From assembly GCA_021780535.1 (NCBI GenBank), contig JAJXYN010000011.1, forward strand, positions 15,295 through 79,294: a DNA stretch of 64,000 nt. The letters run 5' to 3'. The number at the start of each line of letters is the position of its first letter. The first letter of the stretch is position 1. The notes beneath the pieces are model-generated. The model did not search any database and was not told the origin of the DNA. It worked only from the letters and a program-made list of their open reading frames with translations. Below, piece by piece: positions 49,247 to 58,473 of the stretch. The position numbers and the translations under genes are program-made. Origin of the DNA: a bacterium. Lineage in GTDB: Bacteria; Patescibacteriota; Patescibacteriia; JAGPKW01.

Positions 49247-51889
49247 ATGATGTTTTATAAAAAAATTAATTTAAAAAAAATACTTATATTTATTGTATGC
49301 TTTTTTGTAATATTTCTATCAAGATGGAAATTATTTTTAAATAGTGGAGTAATAGGCCATAATTGGGATTGGTCAATACCATTATTGAAAAGTTCTAATT
49401 TAGAATTATTTAACCAAGGGAAATATATTTGGAATACTTTTTTTCTTGGCGTTTCGGATATTTTTTTTAGATTTTGGAATTTTTATTTGCATTTTTTAGG
49501 AATATTTTTAGGTGGTGAATTTTTATCTAAATTCATTATATTTTTTATATTAAGTTGTGGATTTTTGTCGTTTTATTTTTTTATAAAATTTTTTATAAAA
49601 AAAGTAATCAATTTTGATTATAATAAAGAAAAAGAGGATTATTTATTGTTCATAATCCCATCATTGTTATATGTTTTAAATCCTTTTATTTTTAATGATA
49701 TTATATCAGGAAGTCTTATATATCTTATAGCGTACTCCTTATTACCATTAACTTTACTATTTTTTATAAAATATATATATACTAATAAATTTAAAAATGT
49801 TATATATTTTTCATTTGTAATATTTTTTGTTTCTGGATCAACCCAAATGTATATATTTTCTATTATTTTATGCTTTTCTTTTTTAATTTATTATTTTTTT
49901 AACAAAAAATCTATATTAAATGGATTTAAAATTTTTTCTTTTTCTCTTTTAATAATTTCTATTCTGTTAATTCCTTTGTTATATAATAGTATTAATTTAC
50001 AAAAAACTACTTATTCTAAAAGAGCTAGTGCTAATACTGCAGTTCAAAAATACAGTAATCAGTTTTTAAATACACAACAAAACATATTAAGATCTTTTAC
50101 CTTGGAATCTTTTTTAGATAGAAACATTTTTTCGCATTTTTTAATTATACCATATTATTTTATATTTTATTGTTCTATTTTTTTATTAATAATAATAAGT
50201 ATATTTTTTGTTATTAATAACAAAAAATTAAGTAAAAAAAATATTATATTTGTTTTGCTATCATTTATTATCTCCATAACCGTTGTATCAATTTCTAAAA
50301 ATCCAATTACGGGTAATATGTTTCTATGGTTAATGGATAATTTTATCCCAGCAAGAGCTTTTAGCACAACTTATCATCTTGTATTTTTCTCAACATTTTC
50401 AACCTGTTTATTAATTAGCTTTGCTTTATTAAATCAAAACAAAAAATACTATGCTGTATTTATTGTTTTAATCATGTTAATTAATATTCAAGTTTTTGTA
50501 TTTGGAGATAATGGCATAAATATTTTAAAAAATCAAAAAAGAGATAGCATTGATCAATATTATCCAAACAATGAATTTATAAAATATTCCCTAGCTACTA
50601 ATCTAAAAAAACTTGATTATAGAATGTTATCAATACCAATGTCATATTCTCCTTATTATTTAAAAACAAAAAATCAAAACTATGGACAAGGCGGAGACCC
50701 TGATTTATTAACATTAAAACCATCAACATTTGAAAATTTTGTAAACACATCATACGTACTAGAAAAGGATTTGTTATATAATAAAAACGTAAATAATAAT
50801 TTATATTCATTATTTAATTTTAGAGATTTTATAATTAAAACTGATGTTGTCAGTAATTTTTCAAATTATAAAAATGATTATGATTACTCAAAATTAATTA
50901 AAAAATTTGAAAACAATATGCTATTTAAATCAAAATATTTTAATAATGGTGAATTTAATATTTTTCTTCAACACTTCTACACCCCCCAAACTATCATAAA
51001 ATCATCTCAAAATATCAGCGTATTGCCAGATATTGTTTCTCAAAATGATTATAACATTCGTTCTGCTACTTATTTTTCTGATAATACTTACAATGCTGAC
51101 GATAAATCTGTTTTTAACCCTAACGCTATTACGAAGACTGAAGTTAAAAATACTCCTACTATTGAATTTAAAAAAGTTAATCCTACTAAATATAAAGTTA
51201 TTATTCATGATGCAACTTCTGAATTTCCATTGATATTCTCTGAATCGTTCCATGATGGGTGGAAAGCATATTTAACTTCATCAAATAATTTAAAAACTGA
51301 AAAAACCAAAATTCAAAACGAGGAAATATTAAAAAATTATAAAATATTGGATGGGAATAGTGATGATCAAGCTTCTATTGACGAACTTAAGAGTTATATT
51401 GATAAAGGCTATATTTCTTCTTTGGGTGATTTGAAACAAAAAAATATTAAACATGTTAAATGGGATAATAATAAAGAGGTTTTTGATTATAATGAACCTT
51501 ATAAGATAGACTTTATTTCTAAAGATTTTAACGGCACTATTCAAAACGATAATCTTGACAGTGGCCATTTCTATGAAACTTGGTCAAAAACTCCTATTAG
51601 CGACTCTAATCATTCTATGGTTAATGGTTATGCTAATTCTTGGAATATTGATCCTAATAGTATTTGCAATAATAATTCTAAATGCACTAAGAATGCTGAT
51701 GGTAGTTATGACATGGAATTTACTATTGAATTTTGGCCTCAAAGATTATTCTATCTTGGTTTAATAATTTCCGGTACTACACTAATCGGTTGTATTGTTT
51801 ATTTGATTGTTGATGGTGTTAAAAATAAGAAAAAGAAAGAAGAAGAAAAAGAAAATAATAATCATGACCTAATTTCATATTTTGATTAA
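49247..51889 (+). CDS. large polytopic membrane protein (about 13 TM) with C-terminal extracytoplasmic domain
   Basis: 880 aa; N-terminal multi-TM region followed by a roughly 450 aa soluble domain. The architecture resembles GT-C-type glycosyltransferases or polymerases (inference only). Confidence 0.45.
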   Translation: MMFYKKINLKKILIFIVCFFVIFLSRWKLFLNSGVIGHNWDWSIPLLKSSNLELFNQGKYIWNTFFLGVSDIFFRFWNFYLHFLGIFLGGEFLSKFIIFFILSCGFLSFYFFIKFFIKKVINFDYNKEKEDYLLFIIPSLLYVLNPFIFNDIISGSLIYLIAYSLLPLTLLFFIKYIYTNKFKNVIYFSFVIFFVSGSTQMYIFSIILCFSFLIYYFFNKKSILNGFKIFSFSLLIISILLIPLLYNSINLQKTTYSKRASANTAVQKYSNQFLNTQQNILRSFTLESFLDRNIFSHFLIIPYYFIFYCSIFLLIIISIFFVINNKKLSKKNIIFVLLSFIISITVVSISKNPITGNMFLWLMDNFIPARAFSTTYHLVFFSTFSTCLLISFALLNQNKKYYAVFIVLIMLINIQVFVFGDNGINILKNQKRDSIDQYYPNNEFIKYSLATNLKKLDYRMLSIPMSYSPYYLKTKNQNYGQGGDPDLLTLKPSTFENFVNTSYVLEKDLLYNKNVNNNLYSLFNFRDFIIKTDVVSNFSNYKNDYDYSKLIKKFENNMLFKSKYFNNGEFNIFLQHFYTPQTIIKSSQNISVLPDIVSQNDYNIRSATYFSDNTYNADDKSVFNPNAITKTEVKNTPTIEFKKVNPTKYKVIIHDATSEFPLIFSESFHDGWKAYLTSSNNLKTEKTKIQNEEILKNYKILDGNSDDQASIDELKSYIDKGYISSLGDLKQKNIKHVKWDNNKEVFDYNEPYKIDFISKDFNGTIQNDNLDSGHFYETWSKTPISDSNHSMVNGYANSWNIDPNSICNNNSKCTKNADGSYDMEFTIEFWPQRLFYLGLIISGTTLIGCIVYLIVDGVKNKKKKEEEKENNNHDLISYFD

Positions 51890-51891
51890 AT

Positions 51892-52010
51892 GCTTTTTTA
51901 TAAAATAGGGTAGAGATACTCTATTTTAGTTTAATTCTTTAGTTTTTTAGTTTTGAATTTTATTTTTATTTGACGTATTATTATTTTTTGATATAATTTA
52001 AATAATAACG
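51892..52010 (+). repeat. direct repeat DR1 (terminator-like hairpin plus TTGACG-16-TATAAT promoter)
   Basis: Near-identical to 52741-52859: CTTTTTTATAAAATAGGGTAGAGATACTCTATTTTAGTTTAATT...TTTATTTGACG(T/G)ATTATTATTTTTTGATATAATTTAAATAA. Confidence 0.65.
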
Positions 52011-52098
52011 AGACGCCCGGGACAAATTCCAGGGGAAAAGATATTTCGTAAGATTTATCTACTGGGCTGTCTGGCCACCTTTGATGGTGGCTTTTTTA
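52004..52098 (+). ncRNA. candidate roughly 95 nt small RNA, cis-antisense to the 3' end of the DUF3800 gene
   Basis: TTGACG (51970-51975) and TATAAT (51992-51997) with a 16 nt spacer. Then a GC-rich segment CGAGACGCCCGGGACAAATTCCAGGGG...CTGGGCTGTCTGG ending in terminator GGCCACC-TTTGA-TGGTGGC plus TTTTTT. Confidence 0.3.
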
Positions 52099-52654
52099 GT
52101 TCTATAACTTTATATTTTAATATTTTTTTTAATATAATATTTAAATCATTGTCTAATTTATTTTCATTATCAAAATAATATCTAAAAAAACCTGCGATAT
52201 AATCAGCAATTTTTATACCTATAGAATTATTATCTTTTATGGTTCTTATTTTACTTATAGATACATTTCTATCTCTAAAGTATTTTTTAATTTTTCTATC
52301 ATATTTTTTGGATTTTTTACCATCAATAAAAACATAATTATTCTTATCATTTTCAATAAAATCAATTAAAGAGCTTTCTAATTCTTTTTCTTGATTTATT
52401 GGGTTTATTAATATTTTTATTTTAAAATTTACTTTTTGATCTGCTATTTCTTGTAAAACTCTTTTCTTAACATTCCAATTATCCTCACTCCAATGAAATG
52501 ATTTGATTTTTAATATCTTTTCTAAATCAATAATTATCTTTTCTATAAAAACATAATTATCTTCATTTATAAACACAAAAGCAAAACACGAATACTTTAT
52601 ATCTTTATTTACACCAGATTCATCTATAAATATATAAGTTTTTTCTTTTTCCAT
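52055..52654 (-). CDS. DUF3800 domain protein
   Basis: N-terminal YIFIDESG and C-terminal IKIADYIAG motifs are typical of DUF3800. The last 13 codons read through the GC-rich + strand terminator hairpin. Confidence 0.6.
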   Translation of the reverse strand: MEKEKTYIFIDESGVNKDIKYSCFAFVFINEDNYVFIEKIIIDLEKILKIKSFHWSEDNWNVKKRVLQEIADQKVNFKIKILINPINQEKELESSLIDFIENDKNNYVFIDGKKSKKYDRKIKKYFRDRNVSISKIRTIKDNNSIGIKIADYIAGFFRYYFDNENKLDNDLNIILKKILKYKVIELKKPPSKVARQPSR

Positions 52655-52740
52655 TTTTTATAATTAATCATTAATCTATTTATTATAGACTACTTATTAA
52701 TAAATGGCTAATATTAGAATATTAATTAAGAATTAATTAA

Positions 52741-52859
52741 CTTTTTTATAAAATAGGGTAGAGATACTCTATTTTAGTTTAATTTTTTAGTTTTTTAGTT
52801 TTGAATTTTATTTTTATTTGACGGATTATTATTTTTTGATATAATTTAAATAACAATGC
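52741..52859 (+). repeat. direct repeat DR2 (copy of DR1)
   Basis: Its TTGACG-16-TATAAT promoter fires antisense into the 3' end of the second MazF-like gene and is followed by CCTTCGGG. Confidence 0.65.
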
Positions 52860-52936
52860 CTTCGGGCCCCGAGATTTCAATATTTATTTATTGATTTCGC
52901 ATATATAAAAGCAGTCAGAAATGGCTGATTTTATAT

Positions 52937-53323
52937 TTAAAACATTAACTCTCTTAGTCTTTCTTTTAATAGGGCAAAATCATCTTTTGATATATATCCT
53001 ATTTTTCTATCTATTCTTTTTGAATCTATTAATCTTATTTGAGAAAGAATTGCAAATGATTTTTTATTTAAAAATACAAATTCAAAATGATATTTATCTT
53101 TATTAACTTTACTCGTAAGTGGAATACAGACAAAAATTCTATTATTAAATTTTTTTAAAATTAAAACTGGCCTTTCAAATTCAAAACCACCACCATTTTG
53201 TTCAAAACCTATATTTTTACCTAGATTAACAAAACAAATTTCTCTTTCTTTATAGAACACTATTTTATCCTTATCTTCTATTTTCTTTTTTAGACTATTC
53301 CATTTATCAAATTCTTTTTCCAT
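52937..53323 (-). CDS. MazF/PemK-family toxin-like protein (orphan paralog)
   Basis: Paralog of 43841-44233 (EREICFVNLGKNIGFEQNG...RPVLILKK...IPLTS...SQIRLIDSKRI). Its 5' leader and first four codons are identical to those of the DUF3800 gene. Confidence 0.65.
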   Translation of the reverse strand: MEKEFDKWNSLKKKIEDKDKIVFYKEREICFVNLGKNIGFEQNGGGFEFERPVLILKKFNNRIFVCIPLTSKVNKDKYHFEFVFLNKKSFAILSQIRLIDSKRIDRKIGYISKDDFALLKERLRELMF

Positions 53324-53344
53324 TTTTTATAATTAATCATTAAT

Positions 53345-53842
53345 CTATTTATTATTTCTATCCCCATTCCACATTTTTGGATTATTGATAATATAACGTT
53401 TTATTTTTAAATATTCTATTTCGTTACGAATTATATGATCATGAAATGATTTTTGCCATTTGAAATAATATGGTTTTATTTTATTGATTTCACGGGATGC
53501 AGACGATTTAAATAAACCAATGATTAATGATAATAATTGATTATTACGTTCCCGTAGGTGCCAGATTAATCTGGCACCTACATCACAATTTTTATTTATT
53601 TCAAAAATAAAATGTAAATGATTCGGCATTATACAATATTCATGTATTATTATTGTTTTATGAAAATTTTCTATATTTAATATTTTATTTTTCACAATTA
53701 TACCAATATTGTTTAAAATCATTTTATCGTTTTCAATATTTCCAAAATATGGATATCTATCACCAGTGCATATTGTAATAAAATAAAATCCATTATTTGA
53801 ATAATTCCATTTATTCCATCTGTTATTCTTATTTTGATACAT
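53345..53842 (-). mobile_element. IS200-like Y1 (HUH) transposase of the REP-associated tyrosine transposase (RAYT) type
   Basis: HUH motif MPNHLHFIF, GLFKSSASREIN, and C-terminal FKWQKSFHDHIIRNEIEYLKIKRYIINNP (WQ..FHDH.IR.E...YI..NP, the RAYT signature). A 28 bp perfect palindrome sits inside the ORF at 53554-53581. Confidence 0.7.
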
Positions 53843-53892
53843 ATTTTATTTAAACATTTTTTAACCAAATAAATATATCAAAATACTAAATA

Positions 53893-53965
53893 TTCTATAT
53901 TAATATTTCTATTAATTTTAGATTAATATTTCTAAATTTTGTTTTATCTTAAGTATTAATTTTAT
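53893..53965 (+). repeat. accessory-cassette promoter repeat, diverged copy D
   Basis: TTCTATATTAATATTTCTATTAATTTTAGATTAATATTTCTAAATTTTGTTTTATCTTAAGTATTAATTTTATTGTGTAAAAAG. Confidence 0.4.
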
Positions 53966-54123
53966 TGTGTAAAAAGATTTATCTTTGTTAAAATTTCGAC
54001 TGATGAAGTATGACGGTAATATTCTATTTTATTTTTATTTGACGGATTATTATTTTTTGATGAAATTTTTTTATTTATATTACGTAATATATAATTATAC
54101 AACCTAATACCAATGGAGGGGTT

Positions 54124-54534
54124 ATGTTGAACATATCCAAGCATTTTTACAATAACCACAAAGTTTTTTCTTCATTTGTTATTTTTATTATACTTGTTAT
54201 TTGTTTATATTATATTGGAAGACTTTATATATCTACCCATAATAACTCTTTTTTAAATAATAATATCATTCTAGCAAGCAAAAATTCTATTGAATTGTTT
54301 TTTGCATATTTCACTACTGGTCTTATCATATCTATCAATTTTGTTTTAACAATATTTATAGTTTATAAACTTTATAATATTTTTATTGAAATATCACACA
54401 ATGTTGATAAAAAAATAAAAATAATAGAAAATGACATGGGCTCAACAAAAGCTGAATTAGAGATGGAGTTTATGGCATATATTCTTATATTATTTGCTTC
54501 TTCTTTATCATTATTTTTTCTATTTTTTGGATAA
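54124..54534 (+). CDS. hypothetical small membrane protein
   Basis: GGAGGGG RBS and 3 TM helices. A decayed copy of the DR promoter (TTGACGG...TGATGAAAT) lies upstream. Confidence 0.4.
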   Translation: MLNISKHFYNNHKVFSSFVIFIILVICLYYIGRLYISTHNNSFLNNNIILASKNSIELFFAYFTTGLIISINFVLTIFIVYKLYNIFIEISHNVDKKIKIIENDMGSTKAELEMEFMAYILILFASSLSLFFLFFG

Positions 54535-54648
54535 ACTCATATTTATGTTGTACAAAAAATAGTTGCCCATATTTGTTATGGGCATTTTTATTTTAAAATA
54601 AAAAAAGACGCCATTGTTATTGGCGTCATCTGTTAAATCCTTACGGGT

Positions 54649-54822
54649 TTAATCCCTTCGGATTCCGTGTTCTTCAAAGGCGTCAAACGGCTTGAAATCC
54701 GTTTCGATCGTCTGGTTGGCCCCGTTGTCGCCGTCAATGTTTGCCGGCGCAGGCTTTGCGCTTTCGTCTTTTTTTTCCGTTTTGGACACTTTGTCCCTGT
54801 CCCTGTTCATAGTGATCATTGA
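54649..54822 (-). CDS. small acidic, low-complexity protein encoded in a GC-rich mini-island (57 aa)
   Basis: GGGAGGTG RBS before ATG 54822 and an intrinsic terminator 54601-54630 on the minus strand. Local GC is far above the genome background. The ORF-track start at 54885 is probably too long. Confidence 0.35.
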   Translation of the reverse strand, partial: SMITMNRDRDKVSKTEKKDESAKPAPANIDGDNGANQTIETDFKPFDAFEEHGIRRD

Positions 54823-55063
54823 CACCTCCCAAAAAAAGATGAATATCAGTATAACAGCGAATTTGTTTAAATGCAATAGTGCCAATTTTTTAAAAATGAT
54901 ATTATTGCTTTATTTTTATACACAATTATTTTATTTTCCTATTTTAGATATTATATTTATATATTAATTAGATTTTAATTTGTTTGTTAATTATCAATTA
55001 ATTTGATTAATTTTATTATAAATATTAGAATTAGATTTATTCTTAATCAATTTTTGGTATGTA

Positions 55064-56739
55064 TGGACAAATTGAAGAAAATATTTTTTAGATATAATCA
55101 CTGGTTTTTATATATAGCTATTATTTTTATTATTTTCCCAATTATTTTTAAAGATGGCTATGTTTTTTTGTCTGATTATGTTTTTGCTAACTATTCTGGA
55201 TTTAATCCTAATAATTTTTATATTTTTTCATTTCTTATTGAAATTTTATCTAAAATTTTTAGTCTTGCCTTTATTGGTAGATTATTTATATTATTATCAT
55301 TAATTGTGTCTATAATTGGTGCTAAATCTATTGTACAAAACTTTATTTCAAACAAATGGATTGTTTTTGTTGTTTCTTTATTTGGACTAATTAACCCTTT
55401 CGTTTATGATAGAACTATGTATGGACAGGTTGGGGTTGTTATTGCTTATGGATTTTTAATGCTTGGTACTGGATTTTTGTTTAATATTTTATTTAACAAA
55501 AAAAATATAATTAAAAACATAATAATATCATCTTTATTCTTTGGACTATCTATTGCTTTTGCATTACATTTTATATTTTTCTCTGCATTAATATTATTAT
55601 CTTTCTTGATTTTATTTATTATTAATAAAACATTAGATAAAAAAACGCTAATAATATCATCTTTGTTAATATTATTTGTTATAATATTATTTAATTTTAG
55701 TATTATTTCTGGACTATTTAATAAAAATAATTCTTCTATTAATTTTGTTGATAATAGTATTACAACAAAGGACTTACAAGCTTTTGCAACTTCTGGTAAG
55801 TATGGATTTGGAGCTTTTTATAATGTTTTATCTATGTCTGGTTTTTGGGGGAAAGATCAATTTAGATATACTGACTTAACTAAAAATAGTTTTATTTGGA
55901 ATTTTAGTTTTGTTATTGTTTTTTGTTTGTTTATTTATGGTTTTATTAAATCTTTTAAATATTTTAAAGAAAAAAATATTAAATATGCTTCTTATATTTT
56001 TGGATCTGTATTTTTATTAGCGTTGATATTAGCTATTGGCATTAAAGCACCTATTGTAAAAAATATTTCTGAATTTTTATTTAATTATTTGCCGTTTTAC
56101 AAAGGGCTTAGAGAATCACAGAAGTGGGTGAGTGCTTTAAATATTGCTTATATTATATTTATATCTATTGGTATAGAGAAATTACTTGAATATAAAACTT
56201 TAAAAAATAAATATAACAAAATAGCATTTTTATTATTTGTATCTTTTATTTTTATACTAAGAGCTCCACTAATGCTTTTTGCTTTTAACAACCAAATAGA
56301 ATTAAAAAATTACCCAAAAGATTGGTATGATGTTGATAAAATAATATCTAATGAATCTGGTTGCAAATATAATACATTATTTTTGCCATGGCACATGTAT
56401 ATGAATTTTAAATTTATTAATGAAAAAAATATTACTAGAGGGGTAGTGGCAAATCCTGCTCATAATTTTTTTAAGTGTAATACTATTGTTGGAACAAATA
56501 TGGAATGGGGTGGTATATATGATAATAGTGGTGATCCTATGGGTAATGATATTTTAAATAATTTTTTAAAAAAGAATGGAATTGGTGCTAAAGACGTTTT
56601 AGATAGATATAATATTAAATATGTTATACTGGCTAAAGAGGTGGATTATAATAATTATCTATCTTTACAAGCATTGAGCTATTTACAATTGAGACGAGAA
56701 ACTGCTAATCTATACCTATTTAAAGTCATAGATGATTAA
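55064..56739 (+). CDS. large polytopic membrane protein (at least 12 TM)
   Basis: The ATG 55064 start (MDKLKKIFF...) is preferred over the TTG 55003. The whole protein is strongly hydrophobic. It may be a GT-C/YfhO-like glycosyltransferase or polymerase (inference). Confidence 0.45.
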
Positions 56740-58429
56740 ACCCAATAAAAAAAATATTTTAATAGTTCTAATTTTTTCAATAATTATACTTGTTGGATCT
56801 GTGTTTTTATTTTTACTTTTTCAAGAAAAATCTAGTCTAATTTCTTATTCTGATAATAAAAAAGAGGTTAGAGTAAATATATTTGACAAACTTTCTAAGA
56901 AAAATATTAAACAAATATATTTATCAAGTAATGATCCTAAAAATTTTGTATTAAACAGAAGTATAAACGAAAATACTGATGTATTATTTACTTATAACAA
57001 AGAAAAAAAGAAAGTTGATATTTCTACTATTGATGATGAAATACAAATAAACGGGCAAACTCAATCTGGTTTAGGCTTATTATTAAAAGAAATAGATGCT
57101 AATATTGGAGATACATTAACATTTGGTAGTAACACTTTAGATGTAACTGAAAATTTAAAAAGTGTTTTTAAAATTAAAGATTTTATAGATGGCTTGAAAC
57201 TTCAACAAAATGCGAATTCAGACAATGAAAAGAATTTATTAGAAAATCAAAATTATTCTTTTGAAAATGGCTTATGGAGTAAAACTGTTGATGTTTGTGC
57301 GAAACAAAATGATAATAACAGTGTTGTCTCACAATCTTTATCTAATGATTGTACTGATGGTAAACAATGTTTACTTATATCATCTAAGAATAATACGGGT
57401 TGTGTTAGTAATTTTTTCACAGTTGAATTAAAAAAAGATTATAATTACAAAATATCTTTTGATTATAAACAAACCGTTGAAAATTCTGCATCTTCTATTT
57501 TGTTTATATTAATAGGAAAAGATGGCCAAAATTATTATTTTACATCAAATCTATCTTCAACAGATTATTTCAAGAGTTTTGTATATAATTTTAACACCAC
57601 ACAAGATATTGCTGGTGTTATTGTTAAATTTAATGTTACAGGAGATAATGGCAAAGAAAGTTCTGTGATTTTTGATAATCTAAAAATAACTAGCAACTCT
57701 ACAAATAGAACTATTGAGATAAAAAAAGATGATATTATAAAAGATCATCTTCTCTATGAAGTTGGTCTAAAAAACGATTTAAATGAGTTTAAAGCTATAC
57801 CAAAAACGGATTCCGAAATGTCTTCTAATGATTTTGACTATTTTTTAACTTTTGAAAATAAATATCAAAATTCTTACTTTATTAAAAGAATAGATATTCA
57901 AGAAAAAATATTTAGATCATCTAAATATTTTATAGTAGTATCTTCGCTTATAACTATTATGTCTTTAGTTTATTTATTAAAAGAATTAATAGTAAAATAT
58001 TTTGAAATAATTATCTTTGGATTATTGTTATCTTTTAAAAAAATATTATATTTTTTTAAAATTTTGTTAAACTATCCTAGCAAAAAGATAAATGAAATTA
58101 AAAATGAAAAACCTTTATTTATTATTTTAAAAATATTAACTTTTGTTATTATTTTTGGATTTTATTTATACAATTCACTATCAAATAAAAAAGAAATAAA
58201 TATTTTATCTGCTATTGCTCTATTTTACGGTATTAATTCTGTATTATTTGTAATAGAAAGTAGAGTATCGGCTTTTTTTGCGCTTATATATTTAGCGCTT
58301 TGCCCTGTTTTATTAATAATGAAAAAAGATGCTGTTGCTGAAAATATGGCAGTGCAAGCATATTATTTTTTGGTTATTACGGTAATTACTCAAATTAGAG
58401 AGAATAGAAAAGAAGAAAACAAAAACTGA
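56732..58429 (+). CDS. hypothetical membrane protein with central beta-rich extracytoplasmic domain
   Basis: N-terminal TM, a roughly 350 aa soluble region with a CBM-like segment, and C-terminal TM helices. Confidence 0.45.
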   Translation: MIKPNKKNILIVLIFSIIILVGSVFLFLLFQEKSSLISYSDNKKEVRVNIFDKLSKKNIKQIYLSSNDPKNFVLNRSINENTDVLFTYNKEKKKVDISTIDDEIQINGQTQSGLGLLLKEIDANIGDTLTFGSNTLDVTENLKSVFKIKDFIDGLKLQQNANSDNEKNLLENQNYSFENGLWSKTVDVCAKQNDNNSVVSQSLSNDCTDGKQCLLISSKNNTGCVSNFFTVELKKDYNYKISFDYKQTVENSASSILFILIGKDGQNYYFTSNLSSTDYFKSFVYNFNTTQDIAGVIVKFNVTGDNGKESSVIFDNLKITSNSTNRTIEIKKDDIIKDHLLYEVGLKNDLNEFKAIPKTDSEMSSNDFDYFLTFENKYQNSYFIKRIDIQEKIFRSSKYFIVVSSLITIMSLVYLLKELIVKYFEIIIFGLLLSFKKILYFFKILLNYPSKKINEIKNEKPLFIILKILTFVIIFGFYLYNSLSNKKEINILSAIALFYGINSVLFVIESRVSAFFALIYLALCPVLLIMKKDAVAENMAVQAYYFLVITVITQIRENRKEENKN

Positions 58430-58458
58430 AAAATTCAAAACAATTTTTCAGTTTTTTA
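58426..58458 (+). terminator. rho-independent terminator
   Basis: CTGAAAAATTCAAAACAATTTTTCAG followed by TTTTTT. Confidence 0.5.
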
Positions 58459-58473
58459 GTTTTAAAATTATTT

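Noticed and set aside
6120-51764. Numerous short antisense or overlapping ORFs embedded in clear genes, for example 6120-6338 (-), 10646-10888 (-), 12572-12886 (-), 15237-15437 (-), 30512-30781 (-), 33983-34312 (-), 35049-35258 (-), 36912-37310 (-), 41991-42296 (-) and 51033-51233 (+)
   Set aside because: They lie fully inside, or antisense to, well-supported conserved genes. They are low-complexity and hydrophobic, as expected from AT-rich antisense frames, and have no RBS.
52921-53106. 61 aa hydrophobic + strand ORF antisense to the second MazF-like gene
   Set aside because: It is probably a by-product of AT-rich antisense sequence. I mention it under the MazF finding only because a promoter points into it. 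No RBS.
38560-54100. The repeated sequences in the accessory region considered as a CRISPR array
   Set aside because: The repeats are 120-140 bp, irregularly spaced at kilobase distances, and contain promoters. There are no short regular repeat-spacer units anywhere in the window.
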